Part shown: in pieces, positions 22,191 through 31,736 of the stretch
Layout: every line of letters begins with the position of its first letter
Position numbering within the stretch: position 1 is the stretch's first letter
Source: an uncultured delta proteobacterium
Lineage (GTDB): Bacteria > Desulfobacterota > Desulfobacteria > Desulfobacterales > UBA2156
Length of the DNA stretch: 64,000 nt
Direction: 5' to 3'
Assembly: GCA_963736855.1 (NCBI GenBank)
Contig: CAVTQK010000015.1
Location: 192,001-256,000 of the forward strand
Notes under the pieces: generated by a model
Databases searched by the model: none
Seen by the model: only the letters and a program-made list of their open reading frames with translations
What the model was told of the DNA's origin: nothing
Translations under genes and position numbers: made by a program

Positions 22191-23782
22191 GATATTCCAT
22201 CCCGGGGTATTTCGGGATCGATACGAAACGGAGGTCCGGCTTTCACGGATGGAAAGCGGGAAAGATCGGTATGAGGAATAAATTTTGCCGCGCTGAATCG
22301 GTTCATGAAGTCCTGGTTGACGTTGAGCTCCAGGTAGGTGGTTTGTTCCCGGATCTTAGCCACCTGGTCGATGCTTTCCCGGGAGAATAATGCCTGAACG
22401 GCGCCTTCGATGGCGCTGTTTCCTAAAACATGGAATCGATCCCTGGGCAGGTCGGGAAGCAGACCGATACCAATGGCGGATTCCGGATCAACGATGGAAC
22501 CAAAGGCTCCGGCCACGTAAAAGGAAGCGATATCTTCCAGGGAAACGCCGACGGTTTGCGCCAGGGTTTCCAGGATCGTGTACATGGCGGCTTTGGAGCG
22601 GATAAGGCTGTCTAAATCAGCCTGAGTAAGAGTGAGGTCGACCCCGGTGGCTGCCTCTTGGGCCGGAACCAGCACAAAATGCATCTCAGTACCTCGTTTT
22701 ATAAGATACTTCGAACATGCCGAAAGGACCCATTTCCCTTGAATATCGATCATGCCGGCCCGAAAGAGCTGGGCGGTCAGATCGATGAGGCCGGAGCCGC
22801 ATATTCCTCTGGGTGGCTGGTTTTCAATGGTTCGGATGCGGATTTTCTTTGTGATCGGATCGATGGATATCCGGTCGATGACTCCCGGCCCGGCGATCAT
22901 TCCCATTCGCGTGACTCCACCCTCCAGGGCCGGTCCGGCGGCTCCCGCGCAGGCCATAAGCCAATCCCGGTTTCCCAGCACCACTTCCGCGTTGGTTCCT
23001 ACATCGACCAACAGGGAGACCCCGTCCTTCTCGTGCATTCCCGAGTAAAGTATGCCCGCAAAAAGATCCCCTCCGAAGTAACTGCCGATATTGGGAAAGA
23101 CGAAAACGCGGCCTGCCGGATGAATCCGAATGCCGATCTTTTCGGAAAAAAGCAAAGGGATTCGATTGATCACAGGAATGTATGGCTCCCGAATCAGGTG
23201 CCGGGGGGAAAGACCCAGGAAAAAATGGGTCATGGTAGTGTTCCCGGCTGCAGATATGATGAAGATCCGCTCCTTCTTAAAGCCACAGGCTCTGCAAAGG
23301 GTTTCCAGGTTTTTGTTAATGGCTTCGATTAAGAGGCGGTTGAGTTCAAAAAGCCCCTCCTTCATTTCAGAATAGTGGATCCGAGTTAAAACATCCGGCC
23401 CGATTTGAATCTGGGGGTTGGTGAAGGCGGCCTGCCCAAGGACGGCGTGGCTTTGAAGATCGACAAGTTTCATGACCACCGTGGTGGTTCCCATGTCCAG
23501 GGCCAGTCCTGCGACTATCTGGGCGTCATCCGGATCCAGTATTCCTACAAGGGTGTACCGATCCAAATCCTTGAACACAACACACCGAACTCGATAGGCA
23601 TGTTTCCGAAGAAATTCGGAAAGCGGTTGGATCAGTTCCAGATCGATGTGGATGGAATCGGCGGAAATATTTCTTTTTAAGCCTTCAATAAGCCTGTCGG
23701 TATCCGCAGTGTTGTTTTTCAGGGATGGTGGGGTAAGAGCTAAGATCTTCACCCATCCCGATTGGGTGTTAGGCTCCCTCAT
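22187..23782 (-). CDS. ASKHA-domain ATP-dependent corrinoid reductive activator (RACo/DUF4445 family), no N-terminal 2Fe-2S domain
   Basis: GLALDMGTTTV, NPQ..GPDVLTRI, AGNTTM, DVGTNAE, AAGPALEG, GICGSG, AGAFG, GNSA. Confidence 0.9.
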   Translation of the reverse strand: MREPNTQSGWVKILALTPPSLKNNTADTDRLIEGLKRNISADSIHIDLELIQPLSEFLRKHAYRVRCVVFKDLDRYTLVGILDPDDAQIVAGLALDMGTTTVVMKLVDLQSHAVLGQAAFTNPQIQIGPDVLTRIHYSEMKEGLFELNRLLIEAINKNLETLCRACGFKKERIFIISAAGNTTMTHFFLGLSPRHLIREPYIPVINRIPLLFSEKIGIRIHPAGRVFVFPNIGSYFGGDLFAGILYSGMHEKDGVSLLVDVGTNAEVVLGNRDWLMACAGAAGPALEGGVTRMGMIAGPGVIDRISIDPITKKIRIRTIENQPPRGICGSGLIDLTAQLFRAGMIDIQGKWVLSACSKYLIKRGTEMHFVLVPAQEAATGVDLTLTQADLDSLIRSKAAMYTILETLAQTVGVSLEDIASFYVAGAFGSIVDPESAIGIGLLPDLPRDRFHVLGNSAIEGAVQALFSRESIDQVAKIREQTTYLELNVNQDFMNRFSAAKFIPHTDLSRFPSVKAGPPFRIDPEIPRDGIS

Positions 23783-23788
23783 GACATC

Positions 23789-24535
23789 CTACAGCAGACG
23801 TTCGAGTTCCGCCAGGATGGCGGCGAGGGTTTCTCCGGCTTTTCCTTGAATCAGGTAATCGCTGATGCTCCCGGTCAGAGGGGTGGTCTCCGGATTGATC
23901 TCGATCACCCTGGCGCCGGCCTGCTTAGCGATGACAGGCATGAGGGCGGCGGGTTGCACCACTGCCGATGTGCCGACCACCAGCATCAAATCGCAGGTTG
24001 AAGCGGCCTGTCTTGACCGATACAGGGCCTGGGAAGGGATCATTTCGCCGAAAAAGACGCAGTCGGGCCGATAGATGCCGCCGCAGGGGCATTTCGGAGG
24101 GATTTCGGAAAGATCGATCTGTCCGGTCTTTATGCGTGTTCCGCAGGTTAAACAAAAATGCCAGGCAAAGTTGCCATGGAACTCGATGACATCGGTATTG
24201 CCCGCCATTTGGTGCAGGCCATCCACGTTCTGGGTGATCACCGTATTTAATTTACCCAAAGTTTCCAGCCGGGCAAGCCCCAGATGCCCATCGTTGGGTT
24301 TTGCCTGGTCGATGATGTCCTTCATATCCTTGAGGAGTGCGTTCCAAACTTTGATTGGGTCTGTCATGAACGCGTCGATGTGGGCGTATTCCATGGGATC
24401 GAATTTTTCCCAAATGCCGCCTTTCCCTCGAAAAGGAGGAATGTTGCTTTCCACCGAAATTCCTGCTCCGGTGAGGGCGACGACCTGCTTACAGGTTGCC
24501 AGATCCTTTGCCGCTTTTTTGATGAGTGCATCCAT
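23789..24535 (-). CDS. cobB: NAD-dependent protein deacylase (sirtuin)
   Basis: LTGAGISVES.IP.FRG, ITQNVDGLHQ, EFHGN, CxxC...CxC, VGTSAVVQPA, EINP. Confidence 0.93.
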   Translation of the reverse strand: MDALIKKAAKDLATCKQVVALTGAGISVESNIPPFRGKGGIWEKFDPMEYAHIDAFMTDPIKVWNALLKDMKDIIDQAKPNDGHLGLARLETLGKLNTVITQNVDGLHQMAGNTDVIEFHGNFAWHFCLTCGTRIKTGQIDLSEIPPKCPCGGIYRPDCVFFGEMIPSQALYRSRQAASTCDLMLVVGTSAVVQPAALMPVIAKQAGARVIEINPETTPLTGSISDYLIQGKAGETLAAILAELERLL

Positions 24536-24545
24536 TAATTCTTTT

Positions 24546-25385
24546 CTAAAGATCAAACTGGGTATCGCAACCGACGGCCAGGACCTCCAGGGCAGAGCTG
24601 TTTTTGGTGATCTCGTTTCGGCAGTCCTCGACGATGCGATCCATATCCGCATCCGTCCGGTCCCGGTTTAGGTGAAAAAGTCCCAGCTTGCCGACCCCAG
24701 CCTCCATGGCCAGATTGAGGACGTCTCGATAGCAAGAGTGACCCCAACGGATAGTGGTCTGGTACTCCTCGGGTGTGTATTCAGCATCATGGAAGAGGAT
24801 GTCCGCTCCCTCCGAAAAGGCGCGATAGTCCGGGTAGGAGAGACCATACGGATGCACATGACCCAGCTCGTTATCCGTAAGAAACACGAAGGTTTTCCCG
24901 TTTTCCACGATTTTATATCCGAATCCCGTGTTTGGGTGACTCAATGCAATGGGGGTCAGGGTGATGGAACCGATTTCGAATGTCCCTTGGGGATCTTTTT
25001 GGAATAGGATTTCAGCGTCGATATCCGATGACTTCAAGGGGAAGTTGGGAGGGTACATCACCCGGGAAAGAACATGCCGGGCATAATTTTTATGGAAAGA
25101 TCCGTTGTGAAAAATCAAGCGGGCATTTTTGAAAAGGGTGGGTTTGAAGAAAGGGAATCCCAAGATGTGATCCCAGTGGCAGTGAGTAAAGATGAGATGG
25201 TATTCAAAACGGTTTTCCTGGAGCAGGCTGTTTCCCAACTTTCGAATCCCGGTTCCGGTGTCGATAATCAGGATATGATCGCTTTGGGTCCTAACCTCCA
25301 GACAAGTGGTATCCCCACCATATTTAAGATATTCATATCCGGAGACCGGAACAGAACCGCGGGAACCCCAGCATTTGATCTGCAT
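24546..25385 (-). CDS. MBL-fold metallo-hydrolase
   Basis: WGSRGS, YGGDTTC, DTGTG, THCHWDH, TDNE, HDAEY, WGHS, FH. Confidence 0.9.
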   Translation of the reverse strand: MQIKCWGSRGSVPVSGYEYLKYGGDTTCLEVRTQSDHILIIDTGTGIRKLGNSLLQENRFEYHLIFTHCHWDHILGFPFFKPTLFKNARLIFHNGSFHKNYARHVLSRVMYPPNFPLKSSDIDAEILFQKDPQGTFEIGSITLTPIALSHPNTGFGYKIVENGKTFVFLTDNELGHVHPYGLSYPDYRAFSEGADILFHDAEYTPEEYQTTIRWGHSCYRDVLNLAMEAGVGKLGLFHLNRDRTDADMDRIVEDCRNEITKNSSALEVLAVGCDTQFDL

Positions 25386-25402
25386 CTTTTACCCCCGGAG
25401 GT

Positions 25403-26302
25403 TCATCTGGCAGTCAACTCAATGGACTTGGCACGATTTCTCAGAAGATAGGTATACCAGATCCCCTCGTGGTTTTGGGATTCGACGATGTCAAACCGCT
25501 TAGATGCCAATACATCTGTCACATCCCGTGCCTCGCTTCGCATCAGCCCGGAAAGAATCACCCATCGTTTCTGATTCAACCCCTTTGCGTAAAGCAGACC
25601 TTTCATTGCATCGTAGTGGATGTTCGCTATCACGAGATCGGCCGGGCAGTCAATAAAATCCTTTGCATCTCCTTGAATAGCAAGGATTTTATTTTCCATC
25701 CGGTTGATTCGGATGTTTTTTTGGGCCGTACGTGCCGCCAGGGGATTGAGATCCACGGCAAGGGCTCTTTGAGCCCCCAGTTTTACGGCGGCTAAAGCCA
25801 GAATGCCGGTGCCGGTTCCCAGGTCGAGGATCGTATGGGAATTTACCCTTTCAAAAAGGAGGTTCAGGACCTTCAGGCAGCCTATTGTCGTAGGATGAGC
25901 CCCGGAACCGAAAACGACTCCGGGATCCAGGAGCAGGGTATGCGGTGCATCACCGACGGTCCCGACAGATTCCTCTTGATACCAGCAGGGCATCACCCGG
26001 ATCGTGCCGACCTGAAAGGGAACCGGGTCTATTCCCTGCCAAAGGGTATAGTCGAGGCAAAACTGATCGATAAGATTCAACCCTGGATGTTTTTTTAAAA
26101 AAGCCGTCACGGCTTCTTGTGCGGGCACGGAAAAAAACAGGAAAGAGGTCTGATCCTCCTTCCAGTTGCCTAAAAAATTTATATCGGAAGAAAATGCATC
26201 GGCATCCACGCTTCCGTCGAGATAGTAGATATAAAGGTCGCCGTAAGGGCAGGCTTCCTTCTCCGGTGAAGGTTTTGGTGCCTTGATGGGGTTATCGTCC
26301 AT
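25403..26302 (-). CDS. PrmA-like SAM-dependent (lysine) methyltransferase
   Basis: LDPGVVFGSGAHPTT, LDLGTGTGIL, VIANI, LSGL; N-terminus divergent from canonical PrmA. Confidence 0.8.
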   Translation of the reverse strand: MDDNPIKAPKPSPEKEACPYGDLYIYYLDGSVDADAFSSDINFLGNWKEDQTSFLFFSVPAQEAVTAFLKKHPGLNLIDQFCLDYTLWQGIDPVPFQVGTIRVMPCWYQEESVGTVGDAPHTLLLDPGVVFGSGAHPTTIGCLKVLNLLFERVNSHTILDLGTGTGILALAAVKLGAQRALAVDLNPLAARTAQKNIRINRMENKILAIQGDAKDFIDCPADLVIANIHYDAMKGLLYAKGLNQKRWVILSGLMRSEARDVTDVLASKRFDIVESQNHEGIWYTYLLRNRAKSIELTAR

Positions 26303-26972
26303 CCGCGGGGAGTTGATCGATGTACCATTCCATAGGGTCCAGCAACGTGAAGCCAAGACCTTTAAGTTTCTTTTTTACACGACCGACGTTTTGCGTCAAT
26401 AAATAGGGGAATACCGCCCGCTTTCCCTTATCCCAGTAACGGGCTACCAGGATGCTTCCAAAAGAAATGCCTTCTTCGGTGATGGCGTCCACGATCCGTT
26501 TCATAGTTCCGAGCTTATCTTCCACGAGGATGCAAAGCAGGGTTCCAGGTTCTTCGATGCCCAAAACGTTGATGAAGGTTCGAATTAAATCTCTTACGCC
26601 GATGATCCCTTTAACGTGTCCGTCATCATCCACCACGGGGAGGGCCCCCACCCGCGTGAACTGTATCAGAAGCAGAACATCTTCGATGGTATGAGAGGGG
26701 CGAACCGTGACCACCTTTTTGGTCATGACGTCTTTTACCTTGATCTTGACCAGTTTGTTGCGCTCCTCCCGACTGTCATAGTCCTGCAGAAGAATGGAGG
26801 GCATGGCGCTTCGAATGTCCCGGTCGGTGACGATGCCGATCAGGCGGTTTTGTTCATCCACCACGGGAAGATGCCGAATCTGGTGGTCTTTCATCTTTTC
26901 CCCGGCGGCAAAAATTGTCTCTTCCGGGTTCACGGTAATGACTTTTGTTGCCATCGATTTGCTAACGAACAT
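26292..26972 (-). CDS. CBS-pair plus ACT domain protein (AcuB-like)
   Basis: IRHLPVVD..LIGIVTDRDI, VGALPVVD, C-terminal VEDKLG. Confidence 0.88.
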   Translation of the reverse strand: MFVSKSMATKVITVNPEETIFAAGEKMKDHQIRHLPVVDEQNRLIGIVTDRDIRSAMPSILLQDYDSREERNKLVKIKVKDVMTKKVVTVRPSHTIEDVLLLIQFTRVGALPVVDDDGHVKGIIGVRDLIRTFINVLGIEEPGTLLCILVEDKLGTMKRIVDAITEEGISFGSILVARYWDKGKRAVFPYLLTQNVGRVKKKLKGLGFTLLDPMEWYIDQLPADGR

Positions 26973-27927
26973 CGGGTCCTCCGTTCAATAAGATGGTGAC
27001 ATGGTTCTTGGCCAGTTCTCCCAGACGATGCAGCGCGTATCCACCTTCCAGGACAGACAGGAGCCGCCCTTTGGTGTGTTTTTCCGCCAGGGCCACGATC
27101 TGTTCCATGATCCATGAAAAGCATTCTGTCGTCAGACGGATGTCGGACATGTCGTCGTCCATGTGACCGTCGAATCCTGTTGAAACAATGATCACCTCAG
27201 GTTCAAACTGTCCGATGGCCGGAATCATGTCTCTTTTTAAATAGAGCTGATAGATATCATCCCCCTGGCCGGGGAGCACTGGTGAATTCATGGTGAAACC
27301 CAGACCCTTTCCGACTCCCTTATCAAAGTCCCGACCGGTTCCCGGATAGGCAAAAGAGGGATGCTCGTGAATGGAGTAGTAAAAAACGGTCGGGTCTTCT
27401 TCGAAAATGTGCTGGGTGCCGTTGCCGTGATGAACATCGAAATCGATGATGGCTACCCGTTGAATCCCCCACTCAATTTGAAAATACCGTGCGGCGATGG
27501 CCACGTTATTGAAATAGCAAAATCCCATGGCGGCGGAATGTTCGGCATGGTGCCCCGGCGGCCTAACGGCGCAAAAGGCGTTATCGATTTCGCCTTTCAT
27601 GATCATTTCCGCTGCTTTCAGGATGCCGCCTACGGCCAATAGGGCGATTTCGAAGCTCATATCGCACATCTGGTTGTCCGCGCAGTCGAAGGTCCGAACA
27701 TGCGATATGCAGGCATCGTTAAAACGGTTGATGTATTCTTTGGAATGAACCGTTTCGATCCATCGCATGTCGGCCCGGCAGGCCTTGATGGGGATCAGAT
27801 GGTTCAGCAAGCCGTCCTTTTGAATTCCCTCATGAATCGCCTTTAACCGTTCTGGAACTTCCGGATGCCAGGAACCGGTTTCGTGCAGCAGGAATCTCTC
27901 GTCGTAAAGATACCCGGTTTTTTTCAT
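26962..27927 (-). CDS. Zn-dependent histone-deacetylase-family protein (AcuC/AphA-like)
   Basis: HPEVPERL, RPPGHHA, GFCYFNN, DFDVHHGNG, GFDGH.DD, LEGGY. Confidence 0.93.
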   Translation of the reverse strand: MKKTGYLYDERFLLHETGSWHPEVPERLKAIHEGIQKDGLLNHLIPIKACRADMRWIETVHSKEYINRFNDACISHVRTFDCADNQMCDMSFEIALLAVGGILKAAEMIMKGEIDNAFCAVRPPGHHAEHSAAMGFCYFNNVAIAARYFQIEWGIQRVAIIDFDVHHGNGTQHIFEEDPTVFYYSIHEHPSFAYPGTGRDFDKGVGKGLGFTMNSPVLPGQGDDIYQLYLKRDMIPAIGQFEPEVIIVSTGFDGHMDDDMSDIRLTTECFSWIMEQIVALAEKHTKGRLLSVLEGGYALHRLGELAKNHVTILLNGGPDVR

Positions 27928-27947
27928 GGACCTCTTCAATTAAAAAG

Positions 27948-28697
27948 CTATTTGACGATTTTATCAAACATCGAAAATGCCGCCTTCACGGCGGGGTTGT
28001 CCTCGGGCAGGGTCACGGTGGGCCGCCCATGGAGATCATAGTCATAGACGGTATCGTCCTCCGGGATCGTTCCCAGTAATTCAAGACCGTCTTCTTTAAC
28101 GAACTCCAAAAGGGATGAAACATCTTCCAGTTTGGCATGGTTGATGATGAGATAGCTTTTCCCCACACCGATCTTCAATTCTTTAGCCAGTGCGTTGATC
28201 CGGGAAGCGGCCGTGATGCTCCTGCGGGAGGTGTCGGAGACGATGAGCAGGATATCCACGTTCTTGGTGGTGAGGCGGCTGATATGTTCCATCCCGGCCT
28301 CGTTGTCCATAACGATGTACGGGTAATTATTGGTCAGCTTTTCCAGAAACCCGGCAAGGAGGGAATTGGCTGCACAATAACATCCGGCACCTTCGGGTTG
28401 GCCCATGACGATAAGGTCGAAGCCTCCGGACTCCACCACGGCTTCTTCGAGTTTCATGGAGATAAAAATGTCCTTGGTCATGCCGGAAGGGACCTGCCCT
28501 TTTTTCATTTTTTCCCGAGCCCCTCCCAGGGTTTCTGTGACCTCAACACCCAGGACCTCGTTCAAATTGGCATTGGCATCCGCATCCACAGCCAGGATGG
28601 GGGTTTTATTGTGGCTGATGAGATATTTTACAAGAAGTCCAGCCACTGTGGTTTTTCCCGTGCCGCCTTTTCCGGCAAGGGCGATGGTAAAAGCCAT
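27948..28697 (-). CDS. cooC: CooC/AcsF-type Ni-insertion ATPase (CO dehydrogenase/acetyl-CoA synthase maturation)
   Basis: AGKGGTGKTT, VDADANANL, GCYC, DNEAGMEHISR. Confidence 0.9.
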   Translation of the reverse strand: MAFTIALAGKGGTGKTTVAGLLVKYLISHNKTPILAVDADANANLNEVLGVEVTETLGGAREKMKKGQVPSGMTKDIFISMKLEEAVVESGGFDLIVMGQPEGAGCYCAANSLLAGFLEKLTNNYPYIVMDNEAGMEHISRLTTKNVDILLIVSDTSRRSITAASRINALAKELKIGVGKSYLIINHAKLEDVSSLLEFVKEDGLELLGTIPEDDTVYDYDLHGRPTVTLPEDNPAVKAAFSMFDKIVK

Positions 28698-28830
28698 GAT
28701 TCAATCTCCTATTCAATAATATATCAAAAATACGGTCTGTTGAAAAACATGAAATTTCCTTAAGGGAGTCGTATTCAACAGTCAAGCGACTTTTTTCTTT
28801 AACGGCCCGGCAGCCGGTCCGGCAAACACC

Positions 28831-28897
28831 TTGAAATGCACCTATATGTATGGTAAATTTTACATCTACGGTGATATGAATCATCATCGTTCATATC
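28831..28897 (+). promoter_or_regulatory. sigma70 promoter and downstream palindromic operator for the acyl-CoA dehydrogenase
   Basis: TTGAAA-N17-TAAATT with an extended -10 TG; GATATGAA-N9-TTCATATC at 28873-28897. Confidence 0.5.
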
Positions 28898-28924
28898 CAC
28901 ATCGCATGCAAGGGGGCATCGAAG

Positions 28925-30079
28925 ATGAATTTTGAGCTGACGAAATCGCAAAAGGAGATCCAGAAGGCGGCCTATGAGTTCGCCAAGGGGGAATTCGACA
29001 AGGAACTCGCGTTGGAGCTGGACAAGAAACACGAGTTCCCTGAAAAGATCTGGAAAAAAGCCGCGGAACTCGGTTTTATCGGCATCCACTTTCCGGAAGC
29101 TTATTCCGGACAGGGGCTTGGAATTTTGGAAAATATCCTGGTTGCCGAGGAATTCTGCAGGAGGGATTCCGGCATCGGAAGCGCGGTAATTCTTGCCAAT
29201 TTTGCCTCCGAGTGCATCCTGCGATTCGGCAGCGATGTCCAAAAGGAGAAATACCTCCCTTCGGTGGCGGAAGGAAAGACGCTTTCCGGTGGCGCCTTCA
29301 CCGAACCCGGTCATGGGTCGGATATCACTTTTATGGATACCACCGCCACCAAGGATGGCGATTCATGGGTGGTCAACGGCACCAAAACTTTCATTACCAA
29401 TGGAGGCTTGGCGTCGTTTTACACCGTGCTTTGCCAGACCGATACCGAAGCCGTCCCCACCTATCGCGGCATCAGCATGATACTCGTGGAAGGAGACCGC
29501 AAGGGAGTTTCCACCGCCAGTGTCGGGGACAAGATGGGGATTCACATGATAGCCACCGCCGAGGTCAACTTCAAGGATGTTCGTGTGCCGCTGGACCACC
29601 TCGTGGGCAAGGAAGGGAAAGGCTTTTACCAGGTCCTGGAATTTTTCGACGAAAGTCGAATCCTGATTGCTGCTCAGGCCTTGGGGATCGCTCAGGGTGC
29701 CTTTGACCGGGCCATCGACTATGTGAAGCAACGGGAGCAGTTCGGGAAAAAGATCGCACAGTTCCAGGTGACCCAGCATAAGCTCGCCGACATGGCCACC
29801 AAGATCGAGCTGGCGCGCCTGATTACTTACAAAGCGGCTTGGAACTATGACCAGGGCAGGATCGATCCCAAGCTCACTTCCATGGCGAAAATGTATGCCG
29901 GCCGCACTGCGGTGGAGGTTGCGGACGAAGCCATCCAGCTCTTGGGCGGGTACGGGTACATGACGGAATATGAGGTGGAGCGATTCTACCGGGATGCCAG
30001 GATCACGGAAATTTATGAAGGGACACGTGAGATCCAGAAAAACACCATTGCCGGCACCCTCCTTGGAAAAATTAAATAA
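28925..30079 (+). CDS. Acyl-CoA dehydrogenase
   Basis: AFTEPGHGSD, NGTKTFITNG, REQFGKKIAQFQ, QLLGGYGY, IYEGT. Confidence 0.96.
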   Translation: MNFELTKSQKEIQKAAYEFAKGEFDKELALELDKKHEFPEKIWKKAAELGFIGIHFPEAYSGQGLGILENILVAEEFCRRDSGIGSAVILANFASECILRFGSDVQKEKYLPSVAEGKTLSGGAFTEPGHGSDITFMDTTATKDGDSWVVNGTKTFITNGGLASFYTVLCQTDTEAVPTYRGISMILVEGDRKGVSTASVGDKMGIHMIATAEVNFKDVRVPLDHLVGKEGKGFYQVLEFFDESRILIAAQALGIAQGAFDRAIDYVKQREQFGKKIAQFQVTQHKLADMATKIELARLITYKAAWNYDQGRIDPKLTSMAKMYAGRTAVEVADEAIQLLGGYGYMTEYEVERFYRDARITEIYEGTREIQKNTIAGTLLGKIK

Positions 30080-30096
30080 GCCGCTCCGTTAAATAA

Positions 30097-30229
30097 GATG
30101 AAATCGTAAAAAGTGCCAAAACCGTCATGCCGAACTTGATCCGGCATCCAGAAGTAATTGACATTACTGGATTCCGGCTTTCGCCGGAATGACAAAAATG
30201 GGATGTTTACGGGTTTTTACGAACTCATC
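30097..30229. mobile_element. MITE-like element with the same termini but a different palindromic interior
   Basis: GATGAAATCGTAAAAAGT ... TTTTTACGAACTCATC; interior GTCATGCCGAACTTGATCCGGCATCCAG...CTGGATTCCGGCTTTCGCCGGAATGAC. Confidence 0.75.
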
Positions 30230-30240
30230 AAACATTCCTC

Positions 30241-31602
30241 ATGAAAAATGCCCACTCCGATTGTTTCTTTCCGGCAGACAAGGTGAACGGAGAAGAATTA
30301 CCTCGAAAACACGACTTCCCGATTCGGGCAGTGGCGGCAGATGCCGAAGGCCATATCTTCGAGCTTGCAGAATATGGGGCTGTCGGGATGTCCGGAACAC
30401 TCTTCTCACCGCTGACACCCAAAGCCACCCTTCCCATCCCATATGGTACGGAACTCATGTACTTGCCGGATCGCCGGCCTGTGGTTTTCAATCCGGATCA
30501 GGAGCAAATCGAGGTGTTGAAGGAGAACCCCTATGCTCCGGGCGAACCGATTTATCCGGTGGCTGCGTTCAATTCCCCTGGACATATAATCACCGCCGCA
30601 TGTGCTTATCGGGAAAAACGAGGTGCAAGGCCGCTTCCCCTGTTTTCTTATGGAGCAGTGGGATGGCATCAGGGAAAATTTCGTTCCGCCGCCCTTTGTG
30701 TGGATTCAGAGCCCCGCCAGGATCTTCGTCGGATGAAGCCGGAGGCGGTGAGACGGGGGGTTGCGTCCATCCGAAAACTTATGCCGAACAACCGCTTGGC
30801 GCGGCACCTGGAAACCTGCGCTCTGATCTATGGATGCCCGGCCGGAAAAAATTTTTTCTTGAGCCGATATGAAGCGCCACTGCCCACCTCCAGGGTGTGC
30901 AACGCTCGATGTTTAGGATGCATTTCCCTACAGCAAAAAAGCGATATCCCATGCAGCCAGGACCGAATAAAATTTATTCCATCCCCGGAAGAGATCGCCG
31001 AAGTGGCCCTGCATCACATCCGTCGCGTGCGAAAGGCGGTGGTCAGTTTCGGCCAGGGGTGCGAAGGAGAACCTCTCACCGCCGCCCATGTCATCGAGCC
31101 GGCCATCCGGAAAATCCGAACCGAAACGCACCGGGGAACTATAAACCTCAATACCAACGGGAGCATGCCGGCGACCGTCAAACGCCTCTTTTCTGCCGGC
31201 CTCGATTCCATCCGGGTCAGTATGAACAGTGTGCGAGAGCCTTGTTACGAAGCCTATTTCCGACCCAAAAGCTACGCCTTTTCGGATGTGCTCAAGACGA
31301 TTGAAACCGCCATTAAGATGAACAGGTTTGTCTCCATCAACTACCTGAATCTTCCCGGTTTCACAGATACGCCGCAGGAGGTTTCCGCATTGTTTCGTTT
31401 CCTGGAGAAATTCCCCATCAATATGATCCAGTGGCGGAACCTCAATATCGATCCTGTGTACTATTTAAGAGCCATGAGCCGTGTAGCTCCGCAGGGAGAT
31501 CCCATGGGTATCTCCAAATTGCTGGAGCAAGTCCGCAACCGCTTTCCCCATATCCGCTTCGGCTATTTCAACCCTCCCGTCGTGTTACGAAACACCCTTT
31601 GA
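30241..31602 (+). CDS. Radical SAM protein of unknown function
   Basis: CNARCLGC (CX3CX2C), SFGQGCEGEP, NTNGS. Confidence 0.88.
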   Translation: MKNAHSDCFFPADKVNGEELPRKHDFPIRAVAADAEGHIFELAEYGAVGMSGTLFSPLTPKATLPIPYGTELMYLPDRRPVVFNPDQEQIEVLKENPYAPGEPIYPVAAFNSPGHIITAACAYREKRGARPLPLFSYGAVGWHQGKFRSAALCVDSEPRQDLRRMKPEAVRRGVASIRKLMPNNRLARHLETCALIYGCPAGKNFFLSRYEAPLPTSRVCNARCLGCISLQQKSDIPCSQDRIKFIPSPEEIAEVALHHIRRVRKAVVSFGQGCEGEPLTAAHVIEPAIRKIRTETHRGTINLNTNGSMPATVKRLFSAGLDSIRVSMNSVREPCYEAYFRPKSYAFSDVLKTIETAIKMNRFVSINYLNLPGFTDTPQEVSALFRFLEKFPINMIQWRNLNIDPVYYLRAMSRVAPQGDPMGISKLLEQVRNRFPHIRFGYFNPPVVLRNTL

Positions 31603-31736
31603 ACAAATCCTGGTAAAATGGGTGGGTTGCCTTTATCATTTCAGGCTGATAAAATAACAAAATGTTCAAATACTGCGGTATGAGATCTTGTTTTTCGTCG
31701 ATTATCAATCGAACCAACAGGAAAGGACTGAGGCCA

